The notes beneath the pieces are model-generated. The model ran no database searches, was not told the origin of the DNA, and saw only the letters and a program-made list of their open reading frames with translations. The translations under genes and the position numbers were made by a program. A stretch of DNA of 64,000 bases from NCBI GenBank assembly GCA_026770705.1, contig JANJGN010000007.1:97402001-97466000 (forward strand). The letters are read 5' to 3'. The DNA comes from Isurus oxyrinchus (lineage: Eukaryota). Below, one piece after another: positions 25,499 to 40,160 of this stretch. Numbering within the stretch: position 1 is the stretch's first letter; each line of letters opens with the position of its first letter.

Positions 25499-26315
25499 CC
25501 TGACCTTAGTATTGTGCATTGACAATCTGCAACTATAATTTGAGTAACAGGTGCTACTGACATTTCATTGCTGCTCCCACAGGTCATTCAGAGGTGGATG
25601 TTAAACTGACGTATGTGTCTTTGGATTTCGCCTCTTCCCAGAAAACAGACAGAAGGAAACAGAAGGAAAGGAGAACAGCTTATACAGAGATAAAGATAAA
25701 TTAGGCAAACGGAGAACACTGGATTGTACAACAAACTTAAAAGGTCCACGACTATTGAGGGCTGGCCATTCCGTTGTAAGAATATTACGTCTATCTGAAC
25801 ACAGTAGTTTTTTTGTAAGATGCATTTTTATTTATCAGGAAGGGAGGAAAGATCAGAGGAAGTAAGGACAGGAAAACTATGGGCACATGGACCCGGGCCT
25901 TTTCTTTAAATCTTCAAACCCTGCAAAATCCAGGTATCTGTGATATCGTAGGTAACCAATGCGAACAAAGAAGATGGGAGCCACTTGTATCATCAGATGG
26001 GAGTCAATAAGGCTAATCCGTTGAGCCATTTCTGTATTTATATTATTGCATAGCAGTTTTAAATAGTATTTAAATTACAAAACAAAATCTACTTGGCTGT
26101 ATACCTCTCCCCAAGTGTTTATGTTCCACAGGGACCTCCTCCCTCCCTTATTTGTCAAAACTGCTATTTGTTTCTCTATTCCATTCTGTATCATTTGTTT
26201 ATCAAACTTCTCCTGAAATTTGTCTATGTGAGTAGCATCGACTATTCCTTGTCATGGCGAATTGTGTGTGGTAAACATTTTCTGACTACAGAGATTCCTC
26301 ACGGATTTATTTATT

Positions 26316-26318
<3 letters not shown>

Positions 26319-26357
<39 letters not shown>
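26319..26357. repeat. (AT)n microsatellite
   Basis: Direct reading; shorter version at ~57677 in unit 2. Confidence 0.95.
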
Positions 26358-26359
<2 letters not shown>

Positions 26360-27762
26360 ACCTTGTGTCTATGCCTAAAGTTGTTGCCTCAGCCAAAAGT
26401 GGAAGTATCTGTTCTATATCTGCTCTGTCACCCGCTTTTATTGTCTTGAATCGTTTTTGCTATCCTCATATCCCTTGATTATTTTAATACGAACAATTAT
26501 ATCTATTTAGTTATCGGGTATACTCAACGAAAGCGTATTGAAAGACATTTGGGAGATAAATCCAAATATCTACAAGCCTTTGGGTGAAGAAATTCCCCCT
26601 GATCTCCTTTGAATCACATTCTCAGTTGTTCTCCTTGAATAGGCAGAGGGATTCGATTACTCCCTCTGTCTCCCAGTATTGTATGTACAAATTCATCACC
26701 AATCTGCAATAGTGGATAGACATGTCACCACCAGTAATGTATTGGTTGTAGCGAGAACAACTTATTGACTCTGCCATAACTGTTATTGTACCATGGAACT
26801 TCCCCAGCTCACGAACTGGTTAGTTTGCAATAAACTAGCTATTCCAACACTCTCTGTTTTTATCACCCGGTTGTGTTTCCAATTATTGCCAATAATATTT
26901 TAATTGTCTCTTCATTCCCACACACTTGCTACGACTGTGTGTCCTAACAATATATTTCATAGTTCTCCTATATTTTTGAATAATTGTTAATAACTAGTTT
27001 CACATAATCCATCTGACATTTTCAAATTCAGCTTACATAATACCACTACAACTTCCATAATTCACGTTGTTAAGTCTCACCCTCCGTACCTCAGTGCTCT
27101 GGTGCTGGATTGTACTGTTCTTTAGGCGGTGTGTCATTTCTTGATTTCACAGTTAGCCTACAGAAAAGGTCACGCCATCTATTCCTCTTGCATGGTCGCA
27201 ATGGATGTTCATCCATCACCTTTCTGTTAGTGGTGACCATATCCCTGGCTAATTCAGTGTTTGGGTTCTTGTGAATCCCCTCCGAAAGATTTCATGGAAG
27301 TCTTCCTTATCTCCAGCACACAAATTTCCTAAATATTACACGGTACCCGCCTTCATGTCCCTTCCAAAAATATCATCAACCCAACGCTGTGGAAAGAGTA
27401 TTACACAGTTTATCAACGAATTGGCACTAAATGACAGAGATTGGATTGAACAGAAATATTTTCGTGTCCTTTGATCTCATGCCTCATGTGATTGTTGTTT
27501 TTGGTATGTGCCCTGCAAGGCATGTCCTCTCTCTCTCCGACCTTCAACTTCTAATTGATTTATATACAACGGTGTCCACTTGTCAATCAGAGATAAACCC
27601 AGGCCTCCTTTTCTTTATCTTCCCCACAAACTTTCCTTGTTCAACAATCAACAAAAGGCTCGATGCTGGATGTCATTCTAGCGGCAATGAAATTCCAGAT
27701 TGAGGAATATTTGCTTTCGTATCAATTTTAAACCCTTGTCAGATATCAGTGTTTGAGCCCCG

Positions 27763-27803
<41 letters not shown>
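27763..27803. repeat. (AT)n microsatellite, absent from unit 2
   Basis: Direct reading; unit 2 has only gatagatatg at ~59319. Confidence 0.95.
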
Positions 27804-27807
<4 letters not shown>

Positions 27808-29299
27808 AAGTTGGTTTATCTATCAAGCATTCAATAGTGCCTTGATGATTTAACCAAGTTTTCTTATACCTTTTTTGATTTTCTACAAACGTAAATCTCG
27901 TTTAATTGCAAATTGTCTCCTGACCTGTCAATTGAAATTCCACGTCGCTTCCTTGCATAAAAACTATATAGAAACAGAGCGTATCATTTCGCCTAGTAGC
28001 CTGTTCGGACATTCAAGAATATAGTGGCTGAACTGTGACACAGCCCCATATTACCAACTTTGACTCACACACCTTATTATGTTCTGAAAATCGGAGGTCA
28101 GTAGCCAGAGAATTTTTGGAATATAAAAATAGAAATTAATCTAGCACCGATTGTCATTTATGGAATTAATATACAGGTGTCCACCATCCGTTATGTGTAG
28201 AGGTGCTTGTCCACTTCGTTCCTAATTCTAGATTTCCAACCAACAGCAATAGTTTTTCTCTACACTAACAGATTATTCATATCTCGAAAACTTCAATCAA
28301 ATCACAATTTCCCCATCTGAATTGCAAGGAATGTCACCATTGCGTATGTAATATCCCTTCGTAATTTGATTCTGAGACTTTGCTAAATCAATGCTGTCAT
28401 GACAAGAGGGCAAATTTTACCTTCCCTCAGACTTCTCCATTAATTCATTTGACTCTAGATGTGGTGCGCAGAATTGCTCAAAACAATTCGTTCACTTTCA
28501 GGCAACTTCGCCTGCTTTTAGTAGGGGCAAATTTTAATTGTGACCCATGAGTACAACCCAATAACACTTTAGCACTTTAGCACCTTTTGTATTGACTTCT
28601 GCCGAATCATCGTCGCTGGGGAATTAAAGGGATATTTGCAACAATGTTCTTAAGTACGCAACTCCGGAGATGGAATTTTGTCTTTTAAAGTGCTCAGTGT
28701 AATGTCACACATGAGTAGTTTATCACAGCACAGACTGCAGGAGGCACGCAGAGACCTGAATGGTTTGACCGTTCCATTTGCCATTATCAGAGAATCCAAT
28801 GAAGCTTTAAATTTATCCTTTGAGACCTGATAAGTAATACAAAAGATGGTGAATCTTGTTTCTAGGAGTACTGTCCAATTATCTATCTATATCTGTGTGT
28901 AATTGGAAGATATACCCAGTGCCATCCGGGCGTCATCCATTCACTGACATGTTAGTGCACATCAGCGAATAAACTGAGTGACTTAATGCTACCCTATCCA
29001 TTCCGAGAGATATCGTGGCTAGTTTTACCTCACCTTCCTGAGATAAATTAACTCAAAGGAAAGGCAATGAAACTGAGATCTTCCAGGTATAATGGTTTAA
29101 TTGTAGTCGTGCAACACTGAGCAATTGATGTACACCTCTGTTTCTGGACAATTGCTCCATTACATCCATGTCAGCCTCAGGTACAACAGGCCTTCCTTCC
29201 TGTGTTTCTGGCGGTTCAAATGTTATTAGGAATGCGGAATTCGAAACACTAATGTTTCAGTCATGACCTTATTGAATGGGTTATTAACAATATTGATAA

Positions 29300-32200
29300 T
29301 ACTACCAACGACATTGATGGGACTAGAAAGGAAGTTCTCAAATAATTTGAACAGATATGGGCGAAATTAAAAAGCAGAACTTCGAACGTAAAAATATTGG
29401 GATTACTACCTGAGCCACAGGCAAACTGGTATAGGGAAAGTAAACTCTAAAAGGAAAATGCGTGGTCCAAAGTTTGGTGTAGGAGGAATGCATTTCTGTT
29501 CATGGGGCACTGGCACCAGTATTGGGGTAAAATGGAACTGTTACGGTGGGATGGGCTTCACTTGAACCGTGCTGTTACTTAATCCTGGCGAATTGAATAA
29601 CCAGGACTGTAGAGAAGGTTTTAAACCGAATGGTTTGGGGGGTGGGAGGGGCGGTTCCTGGAGAGGAGAGAGAAATGCTAACAAATCAAACGGATATGGC
29701 AGCATTGATTAACAACTATTTAGGTATTGATACCCAGAGCGTGACAGCAAGGAGCAGGGTGCACAAAGATAAAAAAAAAAACAGAAAATAGTGTCAAGTG
29801 GAGAAGAATGGCTGAAGAGGCAAGCTTAATGTTTTTACAGTTGAATGATGTAATATTAGGAATAGAATTAATGAATTAACGGCACAAATAGGGGTGATCA
29901 GGTATGATCATGTAGCCATTACGGAGATGTGGTCAAGGGGAACAAATCTGGGAATTAAAGCTTCAGGGGCATGTGGCTTTTTGAAAAGACGGGAAGGAAG
30001 GAAAGGGTGATGGGGTAGCTTTCTTAGTATGAGATGAAATAAGAACGATAGCAAGACATGATCTTGGATCAGAAGATATAGAATCTATATGGGTGGCCGT
30101 AAGAAATAACAAGGAGAAGAAGGTGGAAGCAATCTATAGGCCCCCGAACAGTAGCTATATTGTTGGACAAATAATAAATCAGGGGAAAATAAGGGCATAT
30201 AAATAAGGCAGTACACGGGTGACTTTAATCTTCATGCAAATTGGGAAAATCAAATTGGCAGAAGTAGCCACGACCAAGAATTCATAGAATGTATTCGGGA
30301 CAGTTTCGTGGAATAATATCTTGTGGATCCATTCGGGGATCAGGTTATTTTGGATCTGACGATGTTTAATGAGGCAGGTTTAAAAAATAAACTCAGAGTA
30401 AAAGATGCCGGAGGAAACAATCAGCATAACATGGTAGAGTTTAGCATTCAATTCGATAGTGAGAAAGCTGGTGGGAAACAACTGTGCTGAAATTAAATAA
30501 GGGTTATTCCAAAGGAATGAGATCAGAGTTGGTTGGATTGGACTGTGAGAGAAGTTTAACAGAAAAGACAGTTGATGAACAATAGCAAATGTTTAAGAAA
30601 ATTGTTCATGACTTACAGCAAACACATATCCCAGTGAGAAAGACGGACTCTTGGAAGGTGATAAACCAAGCATGCTTAATCAAGGAACTTAATTATTGTT
30701 TAAATTGAGAGAAAAGATGCAATGTGGCAAAATTAGTGGTAACACCGGGGATTGGGCAAGTTTTAAAAACAAACAAAATATGACCCAGAAAATAATAAAA
30801 AGGGAAAATTAATCCTCAGGATAAACGAGCAAGTAATTTGAAATGGACAGTAAGAGCTTCTGCAAACATACAGAAAGGAAACGAGAGGTCGAAGTGCACA
30901 TAGACTGCTTACAGTATAAGGATGGGCAAATAATAATGTGGAACCAGGAAATGGCAGAGAAGTTGAATAGACACTATGCATCAGTCTTCACGGTAGAAAG
31001 TACAAACAGCATTCCAAAAGTACTAAATAATCTAGGGGGAAAAGGGGTGCAGGGAATAAATACAATAACTACCACTAGAGGAAAAAGTACCAGGGAAACT
31101 AATGGGACTGAAGGCCGATAAGTCCACTGGACCTGATGGGTTGCATCCTATGATATTAAAGGAAGTAGCCACACAAATAGTGCATGCACGGTTAGTAATC
31201 TTCCAAGAATCCTTAAATTCTGGAAATGTCCCAGAAGATTGGAAAACTTCCAAAGTAACTTCCTCATTAAAAAAGGGAGGGAGGCAAAAAACAGTACCTG
31301 TTGTCCCGATAGCTTAACAGCCATCACTGGGAAACTGTCAGAGAGTATTATAAAGAATTTGATGGCAGGACATTCAGAAATGCATAATATAATCAAGCAG
31401 AGTCAGTATGGCTTCAAGAAGGGGAAATCATGCCTAGCAATTTATTAGAATCATTTGAGCGAATACCAAGCAGGGTAGATAAAGGGAAACCAGTAGATGT
31501 AAATATTTGGATTTTGAAAAGGTGTTCAATTAGGTGTCACACATAAGTCTACCTAATAAGATAATAGCCCATGGTGCTGGGGGTAGCGTAAAAGCATGGA
31601 AAGAGGGTTGATTAACTAATGAAAGACAGGGAATTGGGATGGCAACCTGCAACTAGTGGAGTGCAACAGGGATCGGTGCTGGGGCCAGAATTACTTCCAA
31701 TATATATTCATGGCTTAGATGAGGAAAGTGACTGTGACATCCCCAACGTTGTGAATGAAACAAAAATAGGTGGGGAGGCAAGTGTGAGGATCACACAAAG
31801 AGTCTACAGAGAGTTATGTACAGGTTACGTGAGTGAGCAAAAACTTCACACATGGAATAGAATGAGCGAAAATGTGAGGTTATGCATTTTGGCGGGAAGA
31901 GTAGTTGAGCTAGAAATTATTTAAATTGAGAAAGATTTCAGGAAACTACAGCAAAGCAGGATTTGGGGGTTCACATGCATGATTCCCAAAAAAGCTAATA
32001 CACAGGTTCAGCAGGTGACAGGAAATGCAAGTTGAATGTTGGCCTTTATTTCAAAGGGACTGATGTATAAAAATAAGGATGTGTTGCCAAAGCAGTACAA
32101 CGCACTGGACATACCAGATTTAGAATGCTGTGAACAGTATTGGTCCCTTTATCTGAGGATGGATATAATGGCATTCGAGGCAGTCCAGAGAAGATTCACT

Positions 32201-32670
32201 AGGTTGGTCCTGGGTATTAAGGGATGTTCTTATGAGGAGAGGTTCAGCAGGTTGGGCCTGTGTTCACTGAAGCTTAGAGGAATGGGAGGTGACCTTATTT
32301 TGACATATAAGATTCTTAGGAGGGATTACAAGATGGAAGATGAAAGATTGTTTCCCCTGACCGGAGAACCTAGGACCTGGGGGCATATTCTCAGAATAAG
32401 GGTTCGCCCATTAAAGGCAGAGATGAGGAGGAATGTCTTCTCTCAGAGGGTAGTGGCCTGTATAATTCTTTAACAGAGAGAGTTATAGAGGCTGGATCAT
32501 TAATATATTCAAGGATCAGGTAGAAAGATTTTCAATCAGTAAGAGAATCAAGGATTATGTCCAAAAGGCAGGAATGTGGAGTTGAGGATTATCAGATCAG
32601 CCAAGGCTCATTGAATGGCGGAGCAGACTCGATGAGCTGAATGGCCTACTTCTGCTCCTACATCATATGG
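29300..32670 (+). mobile_element. Long degenerate CR1 LINE (ORF1 esterase C-terminus plus ORF2 EN-RT)
   Basis: TNDI, GLLPEP and DGLHLN ORF1 motifs; AITE.W, YRPP, KSTGPDGLHP, QGSVLGP, AVQRRFTRL; CR1-type 3' end. Confidence 0.88.
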
Positions 32671-35600
32671 AGGGACAGCCTCGAGGGGCAGAATGACCTC
32701 CTTATCCACCAATTTCATTTTTTATGTTCATATCTGGGACCCTCGAGCTTGTTTCGCCATTCAGTACAATTATGGCAGATCTGACTGGACGTTAACTTTA
32801 CATTTCTGCCTACCCTTGATAACCTTTCACTCACTCACTGATCAATAGTATTTCTACACCTGCCATAAAAATATGCAAAAACTGTGCCGCGGTTTGAGGG
32901 AGAGTTCCAAAGACTCACGAACCTCTGAGGGAAAATAAAACTACTCATCTCTTTTTCAGGTGGGCCATATGTATTTGTTGAACAGTAACTCCTAGTTCTA
33001 GATTTTCTCACAAGAGGAAACATCGCCTCTGCACCCACCTGTCAAAACCCCAAATGATCTTTATGTTCCAATAAATTCACCTCTTACTCTTCTAAACTCC
33101 AGTGGGTACAGACCTAGCTTGCCCAATCTTTCTTCATAAGACAATCAGTCCATTCTATAAATTAGCCTAGGAAACGTTCTCTGAATGGCTTCGAACACAT
33201 TTGCATCCTTCCTTAAATAACAAGGCCAATGCCGCACACAGTACTCCAGATGTGGTCGAAAGAATGCCTTGTATAAATGGAATAAGGTCCCTATATTTCT
33301 ATTTCATTCCCCTTGCGATGAGCCCTGAAATTCTTTTAGATTTCCTATTTACTTGCCATAACTTTATATTAATGTTTCAAGACTTATGCACTAGGATAGC
33401 CGGTTTCCCCTGCATCTCAGAGCTCTGCAATCCTTTTTTTTATTATTCCTGCCAACACTGGCAACTTCACATTTTCCCACATTATACTCCAGTTGCCAGA
33501 TATTTTCCCACTCACTCAATCTATCTATAATCATTTGGTGCCTCCTTATGTCCTCTTCACAGCTTAATTTCCTACTTATCGTTGAACCACCAGTAAATTT
33601 AGCAAACAAGCCTTCGGTCCCTTCATCCAATAGAATCTTTTGAGGAACTGAAAAGGATATTGATGAGGTCAGAGCAGTAGATGTTTTACATATTGATTTT
33701 AGTAAGGCATTTGAGAAGGTCCGAGATGACAGACTGGCCAGAATATCGAGGTCCCATGGGATACAAGGGAAATTGATGAGTTGAATCCAAAATTGGCTCA
33801 GTGTCAGGAAATAAAAGGGAATTGGTTGATGCATGTTTTTGCAGTTGCAAGCAGTTTCCAGTGGCGTACCACAGAGCACAGTGTTGGATACCTTGTTATT
33901 TGTCGTATTTATTAAACATTTGGCCTCAGCGTGGGAGGCAATGATTGGAAAATGTGTAGGTAACACAAGAACTGGCTACCTAGTTGATATTGAAGAGGAT
34001 AGCTGTTGTCTCCAGAGTCATATCAATGGCTTGGTTGAGTGACCAGAAAAGTGGAAAATGAAATTCAGTCCAGTAAATATCGGGCAATACACTGGGGAGG
34101 CAAAACAAACCAGGACATACTGAATAAACAGTAGGGTTTTGAGAAGGGTTGTGGAATGTGAGACATTGGATTGCATGTCAACAAGTTCTGGAAATTGACA
34201 TCAGTTGGTAAATAAAGGATATGAAAATCTTTCTTTATTGGACGAGCTATTGAATACAAAACGGGGATGTAATGCTGGCATTGTATAAAACTCTCCTTGT
34301 CCACAGCTGCAATTTTGTGCACGTGTCTGGACATCATATTACAGGGAGTACATAATTACTCTGGAGAGAGTACAGAGGAGATTTAAAAGAAAGTTGCCCG
34401 TGCTTGAAAATTGCACAATGAAGAACAACTGGGTAGTGTTAATTGGCGACCTCATAGTCAAGGCGCACCTATGTAGTAGCGATCATAACATGATTGAATT
34501 TTGCATTCAGTTTCAGGGGGAGAACTGTGGGTCAAAAACGAGCTTTTTAATCTTAAACATGGGCAGCTATGAGGGCATGAAAGTAGAGCTAGCTGAAATG
34601 AACTGGCCAATTAGGTTAAGGGATAGGTCTATAGATATACAATGGCAAGCTTTCAGAGGAATATTTCATAACGCACAGAATAGGCACATTCCAACAAGAA
34701 AGAAAAGTTCCAATGGGCGACCTTAATCAGTGGTTAACTAATATCAAGTTTCAAGAAAAAAAAATTTGATTACGAAAAGATGGGTGAGAGGTCAGAAGAC
34801 TGGACAGAATTAAAATTAGAAAAAACAGCAGCAAGGAAAATAAAAGATTAATAAGGAGGGAAAAGTTAGAGTAGCTCGTTGCACAACACGAGGCCTGGTG
34901 TAGCCTGCTCACAAGTTGGAACCAGATCATGCTGTTCTATGATATTATTCCGAAAACATGAATGAATTGCTCCTCTATGCTACCTTTTGCCCATCTGATT
35001 TTGCATCCTATAAGTAAATTGAAACCCCCCCCCCCCCCCCCATCATTTCCATGTTACTTTCCGACAAGCTCCTACTATTCCTTCCTTTCCACCCTGTCCT
35101 ACCATGTGGCTACTGTTAGGGGCCTGCGCACCACTCCCACAAATACCTTCTCGCCTTTATCATTTGTTATCTCTACACAAACCACTTCTCCATTTTAATT
35201 TCCTGAACTCAAGCCGTCCGTCTTTTTTGTGCTAATACTATCATTAATTTACAGGGCCTTTCAGCTTTCCCCAGCGTCCTGTGCGTCCGAGATGTCATGC
35301 CACGTTCAACGTCCAGGTGCTAATTTATGTCATCCTGCAGCCCTGTCTCTGCAATGGATATCAGATTGTACTTATTTATTTCTATTTGCGCAATCAGTTC
35401 ATCATTTTTCCAACATTGTGTGCATTCAGATAATGAGTCATTAGATTTTCTCGGTATTATTTTACCAACCTCTGGCCTTATTCGCTGATTTGCTATTTGG
35501 TTTGTATTCTCAGTCCCTTCCAGTCTTGGTCTGTGTGTCCGTTCCCATATTAATGCGTTTCTCTTTTGCCTTGTCTCTACTCTTTGATTTCTACACAGAT

Positions 35601-38600
35601 TTCCAAACTTAGGACGCTCTCTACTATCCTAATATTGCAGTGAGAACACTGCTGGGAGCATTGATGGTTCAGGTACAGACCTCCGACGTGGGGCAACCCC
35701 ACTTGCCCCAAGATTGGTGTCAGTGGACCAGGAACAGAAACCCACTTCTCCCACATCAATATTCATGCCATCGCTCTTAACATTCCCTCTGAAAATACAT
35801 TGAACAATTTTAAGGAGCTAGAAACCAAGTCAAAGTAGAGACAAATGTCACAAGATTGCTATCCCAGCACTAGAAGCACTAGACGCTGAAAACATTCCAG
35901 GCCCGATAGCAGGAAGCCCCCAGGAGCCCTGTGCACTGGCGTTATCTAGAAAAAGATTCCCAGCATGAGGTAAACTAAAAAAGGACCTCTTGTTGAGTTA
36001 TGGACAGCGGGGAAGCGACCATCCTGAAACCTCGGGTAGGTGTCGTGCATTGATTTGTTAAAAAGATTAAAGCAAACGATTACCATTGGGGAAAATAGCA
36101 GTTTCTAGATTTTAAAAAATATATCAGTATATTAGGGTGCTCAGATACAAGGAGAGGTCCTAGTCAGGTAACACACATGGTTCTTTACATGGAAAATGCC
36201 CAAGGAAAGCTTGAGCTAGACCGACGGAAGAGTTCCTTTGCACCTCCACCAGACAGCAGAAAGCTGCTATCGCAAGCTACCGAAATCAGCACATTCTGGG
36301 CGAACCATCTGTTTGTCCTTTGGGACCAGTGAACCTCTCTGAACTGTCATAGACTGTCTATTTTTACTCTCTATTTGGCGAGTGCATCATGCCTCAAAAA
36401 TTGTTTCTCAATAAACTTACGAAACCACCATAAAATTTCTTACAGGTACAGATCTACATATCTTAAGTTACTCCGGCTCCCGAGTCAAACAATTACACAG
36501 ATAATTGCAAAGGCGTCCTCCATTCATACCATATCGAACCCCTTCCCTGTCTCGCTCACAGTCACACCCTCCTGTCGCTGAACATGAACCAAACCAGACG
36601 CCTCTTGGAACGAAGGATCGAGTTAAATTTCCTCCGCCCCCCTCCCCCCCACCCACCCCCGCCTCGCTATGTGTTACAACGCTTACAGTAAGTTTCCGCT
36701 TGTTTGGTTCTGAGCCGCAATCAGTTACCGCGGGCATGTTAGCCTTGAATCGTACTGCGTCCATGAGCTTTCACGTTCTGCAGCTGCCACATACCACATT
36801 CGATGCATTTTTAGCGCAATTGACTAATTAGTTATTTTACTGATTACATTTTAATTAACTTCTCAAGCCCTGCTGATGTTTATATTATTATTATTTCAAC
36901 GAATGTTCTCGTAACCGCGATTGAAATTCCTACTTAACATAAACAAGAATTACTCGCCAGTCAACCTTACAAGCTTTACTAATATCAACAAAACTTCTAC
37001 TTGTGAAAACAACTTACTATTAGTACAACTACCCCAGTTTTCTAAGGGAAATCAGAATAATTCTTGCCATCAACTACCTGTTTCCTTGTGATGCAGTACT
37101 TGATTCTCTCACGACTGAAACTATCCCTTCTGGAGCCAAGATCTGAGCTTTTTCTTTCTGGATATCCCGGGACCACCGATCCCATGATCTTTTCTGAAGA
37201 TTCTTGAAAATGTAGCTATTTAAGTGAACAGCACCTCTTCCCTTGCTACAGTGAATTTCCTCACCCACCAATATCAAAAGTACACACTCTGTGTCCAGCT
37301 GCACTTAGCGACATGCTGTTGTCTTCATGCTTGCTCAATTCCACGAAAAAAGATGATATATAAATGTTTATCATTGCAAAGACTAGCTTTAAAATACAGG
37401 CAGTTTTTTAATTCATTTCACGTGATCATGTATTTGAAAGCCCACCATTCGCCACGTTGAACTTGCGCCCCGAGCATATTTGAAATATGGCGAGAATGGG
37501 AAATAAGAAGAAGCTGAAGCCAATGTATAAAGGTTAAGAGAAAGATCGGAACTCAGCTGTTTAAAAGTACAACCGCGAATGTGATTACAGAATATATAAA
37601 TAAAATGAAGATCGTCATTGAATACTAATCGGAATAAACATCGTCACGCTGACTGAATATTATTCAAGCCTGATGGACAATTCGCTGTGAAACCTAATAT
37701 TCCGGTTCATTTCTTTCTGGTTGGGGGGGGGGTGCTCCTTTTAAATCGTCCAATAAAGTTGAAAGAATCATGGAAAACAGAAAAAAGAGAAGGCATTTCA
37801 GCATTTCCAACCTGTCCCCCAGCTCAATAAAATCATGGCTGATCTGTATCTTAATTCCATTTACCAGCCTACGGTCCACAACTGTTGATCCATTAACATA
37901 ATAGCAAAACATTTACCTCAGCCTTGACATGATCACATAACCCCGTATCCACAGTCTACGGGGGGAAACATTTAGACTGGCCTTTGTGCCACAAAGTGAT
38001 TTTAGATTCCATTCCTGAGTGACGTGCTGCAGCATTTCCAACCAGGCAAAATGCTTTCTCTCCAACTGGCATAACGAATACTTATTATCATTTTGAACAC
38101 AGCGATTGTGCCACCAATTAAAATTAAAAACTCAGTGGAATTAGCACAATATCGATTCAATCTGTTCCTGTAATGTAACCCTCAAAACCCCGTGAGTCTG
38201 CACTATACATCTCCAAGGCCATTATCTAATTCCTGAGATGAAGAGCACGCCAAATGGGCTCTGAAAATGGTAGCGCATAGTACTGAACATTGCGCAATCA
38301 ATATCGAATATCCCAATTTCCGAGCTTATAATGGAAGGAACTTCATTGATGATGCAGGTGAAGATGGTTGGGCTGAGGGCTCTGCCCTGAGAAACTCCTG
38401 CAGTAATATCCTGGAAGTGACATGGTTGAAATACAACAACCACAACAATTTTTTTTTGTACTAGGTATGACTTCAACAAGTGGAGAGTTGCTCCCCTGAT
38501 TCCCATTGAGTCCAGTTTTGATAGGGTTCTTCGTTGCCACATTGGATTAAGCATTGCATACATGTCCAAGGTTGTCACGTTGACCACCCCTCGGGAGATC

Positions 38601-40160
38601 AGCACTTTTGTCCATGTTTGAACAAAAGCTATCATGAGGTCCATATCTCAGTCATCCTGGTGGAACCCAAACTGATCGTTCGTGAGCAGGTTATTCCTAA
38701 GTAAATGCCGCTTGATAGCACTGTTGATGAGCCCTTCCATAATATTACCATGATCGAGCTTAGACTGATGGGGTGGTATTGGCAGGGTTAGATTTGTCCT
38801 GCTTTTTGCGGATGGGATATACCTGGGCATTTTTTATCACATTGCAGGGTATGTGTCAGTGTTCTAGCTGTACCGGAACAACTTGGCTAGGGTCACAGCA
38901 AGTTCTGGGGAACAGGCCTTCATTACTATTACCATAATAGTGTCAAGGTCCACAACTTTTTCAATACCTGGTGCCTTTAGGATGTCTTTTTTATCACGTG
39001 CAGTGAACTGAATAGGCTAGAAACTGGCGTCTGTGATGCTGGGGTCTCCAGAGAAGGTCGAGATGGACCATCCTCTCATCACTTCTGGCTGACGATTGTT
39101 GCAAATCCTTCAGCCTTAGCATTTACACTGATGTGCTGAGCTCCCCCATCATTGAGGAATGAGATATTTGTGGAGCCCCTTCTCCAGTGAGTTATTTCAT
39201 CTCCACTATTCACTATTGGATGTGCCAGGAATGCAGAGCTTACATCTAATCCATTGGTTGTGGTGTTGCTTCAAACTGTCTATTGCATGCTACTTGCTCC
39301 CTCTGGTGCCCATGTAGTCCTGGGCTGCAACTTCACCAGGCCTGATGCTGATCCTGGCATGCCCTTATGCACACTCAGGGCTTGTTGATAATGTCAGCGT
39401 GGGGTGTAAGCCGGTCAATTATGTATCAGATTGTAGTTGAGCACAATCCTGCAGCCGCTGGTGGCCCACAGTGCCTCATGGCTAGCCAGTCTATTGTTGC
39501 TAGGCCTGTACGAAGTCTATCACTTTTAGCAAGTTGGTCAAGATGGAGGGCATCCTCAATGCGAAGATGGACCTTCGTCTCCACAAGTACTGTGCAATGA
39601 TCACTTGAACCGATGTTGTCATGCACAGAAGCCTCTCCGGCAGCCAGGTTGGTGAGGGTGACGTCAAATATGTTTTTCCCTATTGTTAGTTCCCTCACCA
39701 CCTGCCGCAGAACCTGTCTAGCTGCTATGTCCCTTAGGACTGTCCATCTCAGTCTGCAGCGATGCTACTGAGCCATTTCTGTTCATGGATATTGAAGTCC
39801 CCCACCAAGGGTGCATTCTGGACCCTTTCCACTATCTGTCCTTCTTCCAAGTGATCTTCAACATGGAGGAGCATTGATTCATCAGCGAGGGTGTGGGGGT
39901 GGGGGTGTGTTGGGCGCTGTGGACTACCTGGGAAGCAGCAGGGTATTTATTTGCTCATATCTGACCTGATGCCATGAGACTTCGTGAAGTCCAGAGTCGA
40001 TGTTGAGTCCCACCCGTCAACATGCCAATGTACAACCTTTACTTGATCTATCCAGCTGCTGGGACTGGATATACCCAGGGACGGTGATGCTGGCAGCTGG
40101 GAGTTTCCATGAGTATGATTATATCAGAAAAAGCTGATTAATCTCGCTAATAACCAACAG

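Larger units (their letters stand above)
1533..29220 (+). repeat. Segmental tandem duplication, unit 1 (carries the pseudogene)
   Basis: Collinear similarity to unit 2: 1533/30214, 7046/35846, 12240/42325, 16222/46807, 19323/51398, 25200/56743, 29180/60695. The left end is cut by a younger CR1. Confidence 0.9.

Noticed and set aside
945-34726. Numerous 60-190 aa ORFs with RT or endonuclease-like motifs as host genes
   Set aside because: Frameshifted CR1/L2 fragments; no intact ORF2 in the window.
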